Below are positions 1 through 10,424 of a stretch of 46,219 bases of DNA, in pieces. Source of the DNA: Chromera velia (Eukaryota). The notes below the pieces were generated by a model. It did no database searches. It was not told where the DNA came from and was given only the letters and a program-made list of their open reading frames with translations. The number at the start of each line of letters is the position of its first letter. Positions within the stretch are counted from its first letter, which is position 1. The translations under genes were made by a program, and so were the position numbers. Where the stretch lies: assembly GCA_018398765.1 (NCBI GenBank), contig JAHBMJ010000508.1, forward strand, positions 1-46,219, read 5' to 3'.

Positions 1-1698
1 TTTACATGAAGACGAGAAATTCAAAGGGGGAGAGAAAAGCGAACGGAGAGACGGAGAAGAAGAAAGAAGTGCACATGCATGTCCCTCCAGAAGGGGCAAA
101 TCGAGAAGTCGAGCGATCCGAATGCAAGGGCAATCATCATGCGAGTTACCATGCAATTCAGAAGGAGCATTAAAACAAACCTTGTATGTATTGTCGAGCA
201 TCTGTTTCAAGTTCTTGAGTTTTGATGGCAGGAGTCTCAGATGAACTGAGCTCTGTGGAGCAACTTCCTTTCTGATCAATTCGAACTGACGAAAGTAAAA
301 AACCCTGAACTTCGGGCAGTCAGCAAGCAAAAGGCGAATAGAAATCGACTTCCCTTTCAATATCTCCATCATTGACCATCCATTCAGTTCACACAGACGT
401 TTAACGTTCATGTTGAATGTCTGTCTGCCTGTAGCAAGAATTCCCCTTCTCGGAACCCTCCTCACACATGCCTTGATATCATCCTTGCTGGCATTGACAG
501 ATCTGATCGACCTATCAGGAAGCACCTTCTTGAAAAACATCATAAGAAGTCTGTCACAAAAAAGAGAAACACATGCATCCCCAGACTCATCCCCCCTCTT
601 TCCACTCACCCTCTGCATAAATTCATCACGAGAGAGGAAAATACCTCCCCTCTCAAGTTCTCCCGACTCCTTCGTCATGCACAGAGAGGAACGAAGCTTA
701 TGTCTCAGCTGAGTGTAACCTGAACCTCTCCTGCACGCACAGGCAGACAGATGGGAGCGTTCTGGTTTCAGTTCAATCGAAGGGTCATTCCTTTCCTTCC
801 TCGAGACACCCACAGTATTCCACATTGGTTGATACGCTCTAATACAAAGCAATTCCATCATACGAAGACTTATTTGTCCACCATCCACCCGTGCCAGAGG
901 CAATACAACAAAGAGAGCATGACGAGAAGTATCACTAGACAGCACTGAGTAAAAACGGTGTGCATACCCCCGCCCAAATTTATTCGCTGCCCGACCCCCC
1001 CTCCGTGATTGTAAAGCCGCATAGAAGTGCTGCGTGATGCGATCAAGCGCCATTCCCACCGTACTCCCAAGGTATAGGCCTCTCTTCCATTGGGACCAAA
1101 CCATGTAAATCACTTTCCTGTCCCACCACCCAGCATACCCACCTGTTTCTCTACACGCACTCCTCACCTCCCTCAAATATTTACTGTACGCACTATTCCC
1201 TAACTCAAGCCAGACAGAAGCAGCGATAGAATGAAACAGGATCAATCTCCTCATGATCTTTTGTCGACATCCTTTCCTGAACAAGGTCCGACTGTATGAC
1301 CACGCCCTACATCGATCATCAGGAGAAGCTGGCATCACCTTCAAAGTGTACGAAGGAGGATGGGAAGGCTTAGCAATCAAGATAACTGTCAACACGCATT
1401 TGCATGTTTCCACTCTCTGTGCACAGACCGGACATGGTTCTCCCCCATGCACATCAAGTAGTGCAATAAGCATCCTGCACCCAACGAGCTTGAGTGTAAG
1501 ACAGTCTAACTCCGCCTTGATCCTTTGCCTCACGCTCTCCCTGCCAAAGCCCCCATAATCCCTCAGATCAGTATCAAGACAGTCATTCAGCCCTGCCAGC
1601 TCATCCCTCATTTGGTCTACCATAGATGAAAAGAAAGAAAAATCAAAGGCCACATCAAACATGCACTGACCAGAAGAACAGTCCGTCACAGGTCCTAG
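1..1698 (-). CDS. GIY-YIG endonuclease-containing protein, 3'-partial (not in ORF track)
   Basis: 566 uninterrupted codons. GIY-YIG motifs are in correct order: VIY 1105-1113, YLG, conserved Arg 1039-1041, His, Glu 853-855, Asn 817-819. CPVC..CKC Cys cluster at about 1396-1434. Confidence 0.85.
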
Positions 1699-2720
1699 TC
1701 AACCATGTCCCTCCCCCTTGCCCTGTCCCTCCCCCCTCTCAGCAAGGAGTCCATGTAGACGCTGCCTCGCCACCACCATCGCGTAGATCAGCTCGGTCAG
1801 GCCTAGGGAATCCAAATCCCCCTCGACTGAGCAGTCCCTGAGGAAGGAGAGAACTTCCTCCCTTGCCTCCCTGGGAGTTGTTTCCTGCCTCATGATAGCC
1901 TCGATTGTTCTCGTCTCATCCATGCTATGCTGCCATCTCTGTCCCCCCAACCCACCATTTCTAGGCTGCCTGTATACAGGCAGATCTACGAGGTCAGCGT
2001 AGTTAATCCTCCCCCCATCCATTGGGACACTCGGGGGATGAATCCGGTGTGCACTTAGCACCTTCCTCCCCCTCCCCGCAGACGCAGGGCGGAACAGAGG
2101 GACCGCCCGTTTCGGGGTCCTGCGTCCCGCTTCTTCCTCCCCCGACCTCGGTGTGGCGAAGCCGGAGTTCGCCCCTCCATCATGTTCCTCCGACGATGCT
2201 GATCTGACCCGATCCCTCTTTGTAGAGCTCTCTCTCGTTTGTGCACCTGTGTCCATGCTCTGCACTCCGGCCCCCATCACCAGCCTATCCTTCCCCCCCG
2301 GCACCGATAGACTCATTCCTCCCCTTCCACCCCCCCTAGGCCTGCCCCTGGGTCTGCCCGTCCCATTCCTCCCAGTACCTCCCCCCCCCCCCCCNNNNNC
2401 CCCCCCCCCCCCCCCCCTGTGGCCGCTGCAGCCGGCATAGGAGTCGCACCTGCACTGGCTGCCCCTATCAGTGCATCCATTTCGTCTTCTTCCTCCCCGG
2501 ATACCTCGATCCTCTCCACCACGATTCCTCCCGACCGTAGATCTGACGTCACACTTCCATTCCCCCCACTCACCCCCATCCCCCCCATCCCCCTAGTCAT
2601 CGGCTGCACAGATGGGTTCTCAGCACGCCCCCTTTCTCCCCCCTCTCCCCTCCCCCTTCCAGCCAGAGCACCAGTGAGTATGTTCCTCACTTCTTTGACA
2701 CCCACCTCCCACGCTAACTT
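1699..2720 (-). CDS. Upstream Gly/Arg-rich ORF of the retroelement, with AT-hook
   Basis: ORF 1699-2316 is in frame with the GIY-YIG ORF and is open upstream through TGRPRGRPR (2335-2361). The join to the 2418-2720 segment is across an N-containing homopolymer of uncertain length. Confidence 0.6.
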
Positions 2721-4036
2721 CTATAAACATTTAGAGTCACCTAAAAATTGGGAGTTACCAATTTTTAAATAGGAATTTTTTAGGACCGCCGAAAAAAAAA
2801 TTGGTAGTACCAAACAAAAAAAGGGGACTCAACTTGAAACTTTTGTTTTGTGTGTCATAGTGCACTACTAACGCAATACAAAACGGACAGTGGACAGCTT
2901 TACACAAGCTACACGTACCAGTAAAAAAAATAGAGCGAAAATCGATCCAATTGACCATGTAAGCCTACCAGAATTCAAAATCCCTCCATATGCCGGACGG
3001 ATCTTGACAAGTGTGAAGAAGTCGGCTTTCGCGAGAACCACCTGGAGGTCAAACAGCGGAATTTCACAGGAATTTCCCCTTTGTTGTCTCTGCTTTTCTT
3101 TTCTATCCTGCGGTCCGTTCAACATGATATTTTGCATATCGCAGGCGAGGGTGAAGCGAAAAAAGAGCTGGGACTTTTTGTTGTTTAGGCAGTAAATGAG
3201 AAGAAACTCTTTCAGATGGAGGAATTGAATTCGTTTCTGTTTGATTCAGATACGTGGCAAAAAACAGGGCTGCCCCCTACTCATGCAGTAGGTCCGAAGG
3301 ATTCCGAGAAACAATAAAAAGATTAAATTGGGGGCTGCAGATGTCAGACACGTTTTCCCTTGCGTGGTTAAGTTCATGGAAAAAAGGTGCCCGGACATTT
3401 TTATTGCAGAAAACCCTTCTACTTGTTCTTTTTACTTGCATTCATGGATCCTTTCCACGTTGACAGGTTCAATCATGGATGAGAAACTTGCAGAGCTGAA
3501 GACGGTGATAAAGACTTGGTAAAACCTTTTTTGCAAGTCTTATAGGTGGGCGGTCCCGAAGACTTACTTCTACTCGCACTTCCTGGTGTGGATCCGTCGG
3601 TTTGGGGGGTTGAACACAGCGGAATGCTACGGCTTTGAATCGTATCATAAGAAGGTTTGCAAACGTTTTGTCTTACAGGGGGGACGTTATTCATATGATC
3701 GTTTTATTCTGGAAGATCTGGTTTTTGCGTGGTTGTGCAAGAGAAAGAAAGCCATGCAAGCATATTTTGCCGATGTGTCACGCCGGGAGGGACTTCGAGC
3801 ATGAATAACACTATAAAACTATACAAAACTTGTGGATTTATGAAGTTATGTGCAGCCACAACACTGTCCTATTACAGCGTTCTTTCTTTTCACATATATT
3901 TTACTTTCGAGGAGAAGTTATAAAATTGGTAGTAAAAAAAAAAAAAATGGGTGTTGATTTTCTTAAAAATTGGTAGTTAGTCCTACAAAAAAATTGGTAA
4001 CTCCCGATTTTTAGGTGACTCTAAGTGTTCATAGAA
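2719..4036 (+). mobile_element. Non-autonomous TIR DNA transposon, CMC (CACTA/Mirage/Chapaev/Plavaka)-like
   Basis: 48-bp terminal inverted repeats at 2719-2766 and 3989-4036 (TTCTATRAACAYTTAGAGTCACCTAAAAATYGGGAGTTACCAATTTTT, 3 mismatches). Subterminal AAAATTGGTAGT copies at about 2797, 3922 and 3966. Internal transposase relic. Confidence 0.85.
3301..3804 (+). pseudogene. Degenerate CMC/Plavaka-like transposase fragment
   Basis: ORFs 3328-3522 and 3586-3804 share one frame across a TAA at 3520-3522: LAELKTVIKTW*NLFCKSYRWAVPKTYFYSHFLVWIRRFGGLNTAECYGFESYHK. This resembles the PKxHxxxH..IxxFG...FExxH block around the final catalytic Glu. Confidence 0.65.
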
Positions 4037-5930
4037 TTTGTTCTTAATAATGAATTAGAGTGTAATGACTGCGGTTAAAGACTAGTCAGCCCCTGTCTAG
4101 CCTGTACACAAAATTTTAGCTTCAAACTCCATGTACTTCTTTCACTAGACTAGGTACCAATTTTTTAAAATTGGGATGATGATGATGATAATGATGGTTG
4201 AGGGTTAAATCCTAGATTTAGCGAGTTACTGGCGGTAAAAAATTGGTAGTACTACCAATTCGACGCCCAATTCAACTCCCAATTCATTAGGGGATCGATC
4301 TCAAAGGCTGTTGCACAACATGCGGCCCCGGAAAGTCAAAGTTCACACGGCCCGGGAAAGCAGCTGTCGTCTATATAGGCTATCGTCAGGGCACTATGAA
4401 GTCATCGCCACCGTTATCTCTGGCGTGACTCTCTGTAGCTTTACGCTAGATCTAGTGAGCCTTCGGAATTGTATGCTCAGCTCCTGCGTTGACGCTGAGG
4501 CCCGGCCACTCCAGTAACGCTGGCCCCGCCCGGCACCCCCACCCTCCCGCTCCTGAAGGCCTCAGGCGGCAAAGGTTCCCCAACTACTTCTCCTCCTTCG
4601 ACCCCCTCTCCTTCGAGCTCTTTTAAGGCAAATATATCATCTTTCAAACAAGCTAGAACATGTAAAAAACCTTCAAAAATGTTAGGGAAGTCATAACTAT
4701 GCTATACATAGGCTTAATTTTGCTATACAAAGTGTTTTTAATTTATTTGCCAGCTGAGAGCCCCTTACATAGGCGAAATAGGGTCCATTATCACATAGGT
4801 CACTGCCGGGATGCGTTGAATTGGCATTCGAATCCAGAAGACACGCAAAGCACGTACTGTTAAGTCGACCATGCAGATCCGTCTGACAATTTAAAAAGTT
4901 TCAGAGAGTCGATGCATGCAGCTGTGCATCCACCGGCCACGTACACATGCAGCCCCACACGGCTCACTGATCGAGCACTCGTTCTCTTGCGACCTCTTCC
5001 TGTTCAAGGACTGCTTTGCGACACAAGACAGGTGAGAGCGCAAAGAGAACCCAGTGTTCATACAAGCAGGCGGGGAACAGTCATTGAACAGAAAAATGCT
5101 CAACACGAAAAGAACTTTGAAAAGCAAAGAAAAGAAGAGCGTGGAACAAACTAAGGAGAAGCAACCGTCTTCCAAGCACATACACATGCATGCGCACCCT
5201 TTCAATAGGAAAAATGCCGGATTTGGGAATTATTCTGTCTGATCATTCGAAGAACCAGAAAAGAAAGAAAAAGAAAGAAAAAAAGGAGGAAGGAAAGGAA
5301 GGAAAGAGAAAGAAAGAAAAAAAAAGAACGATTTGTATCTGCGTTGATCGCCTTTGCGACACTTTGCAGAAAACTCACTCGGATGAAAGATGCAACATGA
5401 GGAAAGACAGCCGACAGGACAGAGGGGGGTGGGGAGAGGGAACAAGAGCGAGAAGTGCCACAACCATGCAGACAAGCTCGCAACGGACAGAAAAAAACCT
5501 CAAATTCGTCGATCTGATCGACGAGAAGATCGTTCAAGACAAAGCCTGCAAATCCGGGCTAAACCTTCTGATGGTAGAGATGCGAGGAGGAAAACAGATG
5601 CTCCCTCGTTGAATTGCTTTGAAGGCTTTCGGCCTTCCCTTTTGTTCTTTCTTTTTGCACAGAGCCCCTCTCGGTGCGTTCATTCTCGCTCTTCTTTCTT
5701 TGACTCTTCCATCCCTCCATCCGACATCTGAAGGTGACGTACTCGGGCAGTCGGACAGCCAACCAAGCGAGCGTCATGATTCAAACAAACCACCCAAGCA
5801 CGCACGCACGCATGCACAGTGTCCCGGCACGGATCCCCTGAATTCCTTGTTGCATGGATCACTCGAATCCCCCCATGCATACATCATTGGGGGATTATTT
5901 CAGTCAGTCAGTGAGTGAGACGTCGGAAGT

Positions 5931-7221
5931 TCAGAACGGCATTCCTTCGGACTTGAGCTGCTCGACCCACTTCTTGCACCTCCCCTCAGAAAGGTCCGAC
6001 TGGTTGTCTTCGTCCAAGGCGAGGCCGACGAACTTGCCGTCCTTCACGGACTTGCTCTCACTGAATTCGTACCCGTCTGTAGACCAGGCGCCCAGCATCT
6101 TCGCACCCTTGCCCTTCAGACACGTCCACACCTCCTCCATGGCGTCGCAGTAGTAGTCTGCATGTACGTACACATGCACACATGCAGGCGTGAAGCAGTC
6201 AAGGAAGGTCTCATCGTCCACTGCGAACTAGACAGATGCTTTGCAAATTCCTTGTCTCCGTTATCTGGTGTGGAAGGCAACTGAAAGAATTTTTCAAGGG
6301 AGAGAGAAGGATGAATGAATGCTACACCAGGAGCCCCCCTCCCACCCCAGGTAATTGTGCATGGACAGCTACGTAGCCTGGCTAGCTGCCTTCCTGGCTA
6401 CTGACCTCCATAGCTCTCCTGGTCCCCGAGTCCAAACACGGCCACCGACTTCCCCGACATGTCCAGCTTTGGGAGACGGTCGTAGAGGAAATCGTCACTG
6501 CGAACACCAGAAGCGAACAACAGGGGAGGGACATTCACGCAGCTGTCAAGTTGAGGACAAACCAAGAGGGACATGCACAAAACCGGCTGATCTACCCGAG
6601 CATGTATGCACGTCTTTGTACCCGCAGCAAAAGAGTGTCAGACGGGCGTCCCTCGCGCCCTGAGAGAGCGGAGACAGCAGACGGGCTTCTCAAACAAAAA
6701 CACTCCCGGCCTTCCTCTTCCTGTCATTCGATTTGCTCACTCCCCGACTGACATTCCGGTTCCAGATCTGTAGTCATCAGCACCCGTGTTCCATGTGGGT
6801 GCGCCAACGATGATCCCGGACAGCTGAGCAAGGTCCTCGTCGCTCCAAGAATCCACGTCAGCAGCATCGGCACCCGACGCGCTGGAGATATACTCGGCAC
6901 AGGCTTCCCTGCAGACACATGGGAGAAGAAAAGAGAAGAGGGAGACAGAGAATGAACGTTCATAGGCTGGCCGGGGTGGAGCAAAGAACCATCGCAGACC
7001 TCAGTCTGTTCACAAACGATCAGAAGGGACGAGACTGACGTGTTTCCGTTCTGCGTTGAGTAAACGATGCCAACTTTCATGTTAAGAATACTCCGTGGGC
7101 TTCCAGCCCTCACGGTCCGTCTCTGGGGAAGCAGCGCTCTGCCTCGTGACACCAAGGAGAAAGCCCAGGAAGGGACACAGGAGGAGAGGAGGGCGACGGA
7201 GACAGCAAGTTTGGACACCAT
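5931..7221 (-). CDS. fldA: Plastid-targeted long-chain flavodoxin (isiB/fldA-like), 4 exons, 218 aa
   Basis: Exons 7221-7040, 6908-6753, 6497-6406, 6157-5931 total 657 nt in one frame; all introns are GTCAGT..CAG. Motifs: VGIVYSTQNGNTE, GAPTWNTGADDYRSGT, VAVFGLGDQESYGDYYCDAM, KFVGLALDEDNQSDLS. Leader MVSKLAVSVALLSSCVPSWA|FSL followed by an Arg/Ser-rich transit peptide. Confidence 0.95.
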
Positions 7222-7814
7222 CTTTGAGTGCTGTTTGGTGGGAAGTGCGGAAGAGTGTACAGACAAAGGTAGAGAACGATCTTTGTGGGGATTTTATTCG
7301 GATTCAGAGTGTGCGTCGAAACTGGAACTCTGCCATCCGAGGGTGAAGAGATGGTTGGGTACGTGGGGAGTGATGGAGTGCTTTGACTAGCAGTACAGAG
7401 GCTGAAGACGACGAGGAGACGGCAGAAAACTGCCCTGCGCGGCCCCGCATCACCCCGTAAAGTCACCGGAATGTGCTTTTTTGGTGCTCGCACGGAGCGG
7501 CCGTCTCCTCCTATTCAAGTTCCGAATAATCGGCTTTTCATCTATCCAGACTGACATGCAGCGTACGCTGCTATATAAGCGGCTGCTTTCGTGCAAAAAA
7601 GGGTCAAGTCTGAAAGCCCAACTCGTCCAATGACCTGCAGATACCCGGAGGTTTCTGTTCTCCGCAACACTCAAGACGGCTGTCTTTTCCTGCGAAAGAG
7701 AAAATCTGGTGGGCTTTCCAAGCCTCCTCAGACTGTCTGGTCTTTCTGCCTGTTGACTACTCGATCTGAATCGTCTGGGTCCAGTTATATATAGACTTCC
7801 CACCGAGAAAAAAA
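7222..7814. promoter_or_regulatory. Divergent promoter region (flavodoxin / calpain-like gene)
   Basis: 593 bp between head-to-head ATGs. TATA-like CTATATAAG at 7571 and TTATATATAG at about 7785. Confidence 0.45.
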
Positions 7815-10424
7815 ATGGGTTCAGGGTGTAGTGCCAGTGCCAGTGAGCAAGCCATCAATGTCGTTGAGGAGCAGGGCGTGCATTCCAAACTGACTGTCTA
7901 CATCACCAAAGCAATGTACGCGTCTCGCTCCGACGAGAGCCAGGTCAGTCAATTGAACTCCGAGTTGCCTCCGAGGAACCCTCAAATTCTGCAGAGCTCG
8001 ATCCAAAGAAATTTTTTGCACTTGCCTTTGGATCTGTGTGCAGGGGCGGGACGTCACTGACATCGTCAGAGCTGCCGTGAATTGTCAGACGCTCACCTTA
8101 GCGGTGAACAACGGAACCCTTGGAGGCGACCCCTGTCCGGGCATTGCCAAAATGCTGGTCGTCTCCCTTTCCAACGGTCGTAAGCTTACCCGAAACGAAG
8201 GCGAATCGTTTGATGCCTTAAAATTGGGGGGTGGGGGTGGTGGGGAGATTCAGATTCTGTCTGCAATCTACCAGACCAAAAACGACAATGGCGCCCATGC
8301 AAAGGAAGATATCACTGACAAGATCCGCTCCCTCGTCTCCAACGGTCGTTTGATGATGAGAGTAGACGGTTCCTGCATCAAGGACATCGCCCCTGGTGTC
8401 CTAAAGCATCTGATCATCACATTGTCCAACGGTGTCGAACAATCCTTCGATGACTGCTCGAAGGTCGTGATCGAACTCCGTCCAGGCGCACTCTCAGATC
8501 TCGACAGATGGAGAGCAGACCCCCAAAATGTACCTGCGCCTACATGGAAGCCCCCCCAGGGAACGATCTATCCAAAGAAGAAATCCTAAAGGCACTCAGA
8601 GATGCAGGGATCACCCCTGGCTACACACCTCCTGGAAGTGACGTGCCCATGTATTTTGTGGGGGGAGACCCCGAGCCGGTTGTCGCATCCCTCGTTCGCG
8701 ACTCTGGCAAGCGCTTCATTGATCCGTGGTTTGTATACGAAACCCACGACGCAGAGAAGGCAGACCTCGAGCTGACATATGTGAAACCGACAGACTTCCA
8801 CCCTGAGCCTTCTCTGTTCCATAGCCCCGAGGAGGCAGATGAGGGAGACGGGGGGAAGACCAACAAACTCGTGCACGACAGAGACCTCGAGCAGGGTCTC
8901 TTCTGTGGCATCTCCGCGTGGACCCGCAGCATCAACGCACTCCCCAATCCCCCCGTTGTTGAATGCATTTCCCCCAAGACAATCTCGCCTGAGGGTGTGT
9001 ATTCATACCGAATCTTCGCCAACGGAGAAATGGAAGCGTACGTTCTTACTGATGACTGGTTGCCCTCCCCCAAAGACTCCAACAGACCCTATGACTTCCA
9101 TTCCTCACGCACTGGTAATCGTATTGCCTGGCCTATGATCTTCTGCAAACTTCTCTGTCGGGTCAACGGCAGTGACTGGAATAGATAGCAGCACGACAAT
9201 TACCGAAAGTGGAATGCCAAACACCCCCAAGGCTCCTACACAGACTGGTCCCCCTACATCCACCAATGCTATGAATCCATACGCCCTGCCAATGCAGAGC
9301 ACTGTGCAGATGCCGCAGAGATGTTCGGCACTGATGCAATTGCCCTGACAGGCTTTGGGGGTGGAAACGATGAATTGGGTCTCGTCGGAGCCCACGGGTA
9401 CTCGATAGTCGCCGCGTACCTAGACCAGGAGGGGGGTAGATTCTTCACATTGTGGAAGAACCCATGGCAGGGCGGTGCACCGAACGAAAAGTTTCCCTGG
9501 AGCCCCACCTCCCCCATCTGGCACGAACACCCCGACCTTGCCTCCAAACTGCAGCACGGAATTCTCGATGTCGACGGTTGTTTCTGGGTGGAGAGAAAGC
9601 CCCTGATGGAGCACGGCACACAGAGTGGAAGGATGAACCCGATTCTCTCTCTCCCACCATCTGCAGGGTACCAGACCCAGGCAATGGTGGGGACAATCAA
9701 GCAGCACACCCGGAAAGAACAGTGTCCTACTGTGGTCGTCTCTGTCCCTACAGTGTCCGATGCCTCAGATGGCAGTGCAGTGCTTTACTGGGGGGTCGAG
9801 ACACACCGCAACAGATGGCAAGCAAAGAATCTTCGTGTCTACATTGATGTACACGAATGCAACGAGGACGGATCGGGTGTTTACTCAGAGTGTGTGAAGA
9901 CCACTGAGGGGGCATGCTTTGACTTGGGCAGAGAGCCCTATCACCACCGTCTCCGCATACCTGCGGGAAAGAAGTATGCCCTAGTTGTTAGACCCCATTA
10001 CTGGGATGCCGACAATATTAACCCAGAGGGAGAGCCGTTCTCCCTCCGTCTTTGTGCCAAGGGAGGAGTGGAGACAGACAGAAAGTTCATCTCGTTTTCA
10101 GACCTGTCTCAACTCAGTGGACAGGCTCCTGTCATCACAGAGATGCGAACGAAGAGAAGAGAAAAGTATGGAGACCCAAACTCACCCATCAAGCTGGCAA
10201 CACACCATGGAGAGGACATCACCCTTGATATCCAGTATTTGGTCAAGGAGAGAGATCCATTGTTCGTGTCTGGTTCCTCCTTTAAGCTTAAGCTCGATCA
10301 CACCACAAAGAAGTTCTGGCCAGACTTCGCCCCTGGCGTCCCGAAGAAATTTATCATTGAACTCCGTGACGGTCAGAGATTCGACCACCAGGATGGGGAC
10401 TTGGTCACATTCCCTCTTCCATAG
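7815..10424 (+). pseudogene. Calpain-like cysteine protease (CysPc) with three DUF3395/SUEL-lectin-like repeats and MGSGCS acylation motif; one frameshift and one premature stop
   Basis: Exon 7815-7943, intron GTCAGT..CAG 7944-8043. Frameshift at the C7 run 8551-8557; in-frame TAG at 9186-9188 with the frame continuing to 10424. Calpain motifs: FIDPWF, DLEQGLFCG, EGVYSYRIFANGE..VLTDDWLP, WPMIFCK, GLVGAHGYSIV, KNPWQG. Repeats of type DVT/DIT..D(PC/IA/FA)PGxxK. Confidence 0.75.

Larger units (their letters stand above)
1..2720 (-). mobile_element. Putative Penelope-like retroelement (N-terminal GIY-YIG, Naiad/Chlamys-like), partial; RT expected beyond the left edge
   Basis: Manual translation: the minus frame is stop-free from 1698 to 1 (566 codons). 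It encodes VIYMVW..GLYLGSTVGMALDRITQH..LRMMELLCIRAYQPMWN (GIY-YIG, 817-1113) and, near the edge, CPC..LPLLEGHAC. The same frame continues upstream past one TGA (1699-1701) through ORF 1699-2316 and a GRPRGRPR AT-hook into a poly-G/N gap (2380-2417). Beyond the gap, ORF 2313-2705 stays open to 2720. No RT motifs lie inside the window. Confidence 0.7.
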
